Below, piece by piece: positions 62,140 through 64,000 of a DNA stretch of 64,000 nt (its first letter is position 1; every line of letters starts with the position of its first letter). The notes beneath the pieces were generated by a model. The model was not told the origin of the DNA, did not search any database, and worked only from the letters and a program-made list of their open reading frames with translations. The stretch comes from Candidatus Latescibacterota bacterium (GTDB lineage Bacteria; Latescibacterota; CBDEFO01). The translations under genes were made by a program, and so were the position numbers. The stretch covers positions 1 to 64,000 of the forward strand of contig CBDEFO010000001.1 of assembly GCA_965237525.1 (NCBI GenBank), given 5' to 3'.

Positions 62140-62745
62140 TTAGTGTTTACCTGCCATCCATTGCGACAAAGAATTTAAACTTCGCTTCAGACTTTCAGAA
62201 CGAGTGGCGGCTCTTTTTAGATTCCAGTATTCCGTAGTGAACTCTATTAAACGCGATGTGTACGCTGGCCCCTGCCTGGCTGTACTACCTTCTGATGGAA
62301 CAATATCTTCGCGGATCGTCTTGCTCCTGGAGCGACGTGCAACATTCATCAGGGTTATTTTCGGATTTTCCTCGCTTTCAGGTTGCATTGGAATTATTTG
62401 TTCTGAAACTCCAAGAAAAAGGGCTATCTGGCTCCTATCTGCTAACAACCAGGCTTCTACAGCTTTTACCGCAACGCGCAATTGAAGGTTCTGATTCCGC
62501 GTGGGAAGCCATGAGCTGATAAATGGAGGTGGACATTCGGCCTCATTATTCAAATCTACCAGAATCACCCATCTTCCATATTGTGCCGCCTGGTTGTACC
62601 CGGGTACATTCTTTTTCAAGTAGTTTTTGCCCCGTTTCCCATAGGACCTGCCAACTTCGATGCCGACAGATATAAGGACTTTCTTCAAAACAACTTCATC
62701 CAAATTTCCTTCTACTGCGATATTTACAGTCGGACTGTTTGTCAT
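62140..62745 (-). CDS. TOPRIM-like / DUF4276-like protein
   Basis: IAVEGNLDE, LVDLN, EAWLLAD, NPK, SESL; lies 5 bp downstream of an AAA ATPase. Confidence 0.72.
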   Translation of the reverse strand: MTNSPTVNIAVEGNLDEVVLKKVLISVGIEVGRSYGKRGKNYLKKNVPGYNQAAQYGRWVILVDLNNEAECPPPFISSWLPTRNQNLQLRVAVKAVEAWLLADRSQIALFLGVSEQIIPMQPESEENPKITLMNVARRSRSKTIREDIVPSEGSTARQGPAYTSRLIEFTTEYWNLKRAATRSESLKRSLNSLSQWMAGKH

Positions 62746-62750
62746 CGTTT

Positions 62751-63908
62751 TTACAATGGAAAGAGCAGTTCTAACTGTTGTGTGTCCTTTGGCTGAGTTG
62801 CAGGTAATACCGCATCCCCAATACTTAGTCCCGCTTCGAGAAGTGCTCTTATCTGCTCATCATCCTTACCGACAATTGCCTCTGTCCCTTCTTTTAAAGG
62901 AATTAGCATTAGAACTTCCTCGCCTCCAATTCCCTTATCCGAGATAAGTTCAGAGCTGTGTGTGCTCACCAAAACCTGTCGACGCGGACGTTTTGATTTT
63001 TTCTGAAGACGGTATATGACACCAGCAAGGTGTCGGACTATACCGGGATGCAAAGAAAGTTCCGGTTCTTCAAGCAACAGCGGCCCTTGGCCATCTAACA
63101 AGGACCAGAGAAACCCCACTAAGCGAAGTGTTCCATCTGAAAATTGCTTCTCGTACTGCCAAGCTCCTTGCCCGCGCCAGTGCTCATAGAGCGCCTTCAA
63201 GTGTGGAGCGCCGCGAGGGTCGCGCTCTAATTGAAGCTCTTTCAACTGGGGGACGGAAATCTTAAGAGCCTCTTCAATTCTACGAAGTCGTGCTGCGCGT
63301 GTATTCTTCGGTGTGGTCATCAGCCCCTCTAAGAAATCTCCTCCGAAAGGGTCACCAATTTGGCCCCTGAATCGCTCAGGATCTCGAATAATATGAGGAA
63401 CGACGTGCAAATACCGAATGCTTTCAAAGAAACGGGATAGCTCTCTATAGTCTTTGTTTACGTTGACTTGCTCAAGGTAAGTCTGTGTAAGTTGCGCAGG
63501 ATCATCTTTGTCCTGTTCATCCGGACGATTTAGAAGCTGTTCCTCCTTCTTCCATATCTGTTCCCGTTTGAGGAAGGGTTTTTGGTTATTATCCTGGTTG
63601 AACTCAATCCGATATTGCCAGAGAGGACAATCTTTAGGATCTGAGGGATCTCCCACCTGAACCTCCAGGGCAATATCTGAATACCTGCGAGCGGCTAAGC
63701 ACCTAAGACTTGAGACGCCACCGCGATCCTCCACTGCCTTCTGAAAGCCTCCTCCCGCTTTTACTATATCTCGGAGAAAGCGAAAGGGATCCAGTAGATT
63801 TGATTTTCCTGAGGCGTTGGGACCTACAAGGAACATCCTCGATGCCAGTGAGACATCAACCACAGTAAAATTTCGCCAATTCGAAAGTTTGAGATGCTTG
63901 AATTGCAT
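62751..63908 (-). CDS. AAA_21/AbiEii-like ABC-family ATPase
   Basis: NWRNF, GPNASGKSN, SDGTLR, LLEEPELSLHP, STHS. Confidence 0.9.
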   Translation of the reverse strand: MQFKHLKLSNWRNFTVVDVSLASRMFLVGPNASGKSNLLDPFRFLRDIVKAGGGFQKAVEDRGGVSSLRCLAARRYSDIALEVQVGDPSDPKDCPLWQYRIEFNQDNNQKPFLKREQIWKKEEQLLNRPDEQDKDDPAQLTQTYLEQVNVNKDYRELSRFFESIRYLHVVPHIIRDPERFRGQIGDPFGGDFLEGLMTTPKNTRAARLRRIEEALKISVPQLKELQLERDPRGAPHLKALYEHWRGQGAWQYEKQFSDGTLRLVGFLWSLLDGQGPLLLEEPELSLHPGIVRHLAGVIYRLQKKSKRPRRQVLVSTHSSELISDKGIGGEEVLMLIPLKEGTEAIVGKDDEQIRALLEAGLSIGDAVLPATQPKDTQQLELLFPL

Positions 63909-64000
63909 TATCCGTCACCTCATTCCCAACTCCTAAGAAGTCGTCGGCCTTTTGAAGTACTCTTCGTGCCGTTCAAGAGACCGATACCCCAAAATCCCTT

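Noticed and set aside
63920..64000. 3' end of an upstream minus-strand gene
   Set aside because: Too little sequence to choose a frame or product.

Overview
Bacterial chromosomal window, probably from an uncultured FCB-group-like lineage. This is inferred only from a C-terminal QNYPNPFNP/FlgD-type sorting domain and several PhyH dioxygenases. Contents in order: TPR gene and fabI; a QueT-type ECF transporter operon; an M16 peptidase pair; a catabolic island of unknown substrate (Gfo/Idh/MocA, three PhyH dioxygenases, two DHDPS-family lyases, a class IV aminotransferase, an enolase-superfamily dehydratase, an SDR, a UxuA-like dehydratase) interrupted by a WD40-KAP NTPase fusion; an E. coli-type frdABCD operon; a housekeeping block (P-II, LptD-like, dtd, Maf, priA, DapL-like); MscS, an Fe-ADH, epimerase/lactonase genes, an AmmeMemoRadiSam radical SAM, rhomboid and M23 peptidase; a type I restriction-modification locus with disrupted hsdS and hsdM; an ABC substrate-binding protein, a phasin-like gene, a secreted metzincin/beta-propeller gene pair; and an AAA-ATPase + TOPRIM-like putative defence pair. 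I found no tRNA, rRNA, CRISPR array or transposase. The most striking unannotated signal is a 21-bp palindromic element (CCCCGATTGAATCTATCGGGG) at 10 loci. It nests inside itself and inside two other REP-like families, and it sits in-frame in two unrelated genes, where it encodes the same peptide S-[P/T]-I-[E/G]-S-I-G-D. Also notable are a 20-bp templated duplication that puts a stop codon in hsdS and a second dispersed intergenic family around frd. Several 1-2 bp frameshifts in short homopolymers suggest residual assembly error.
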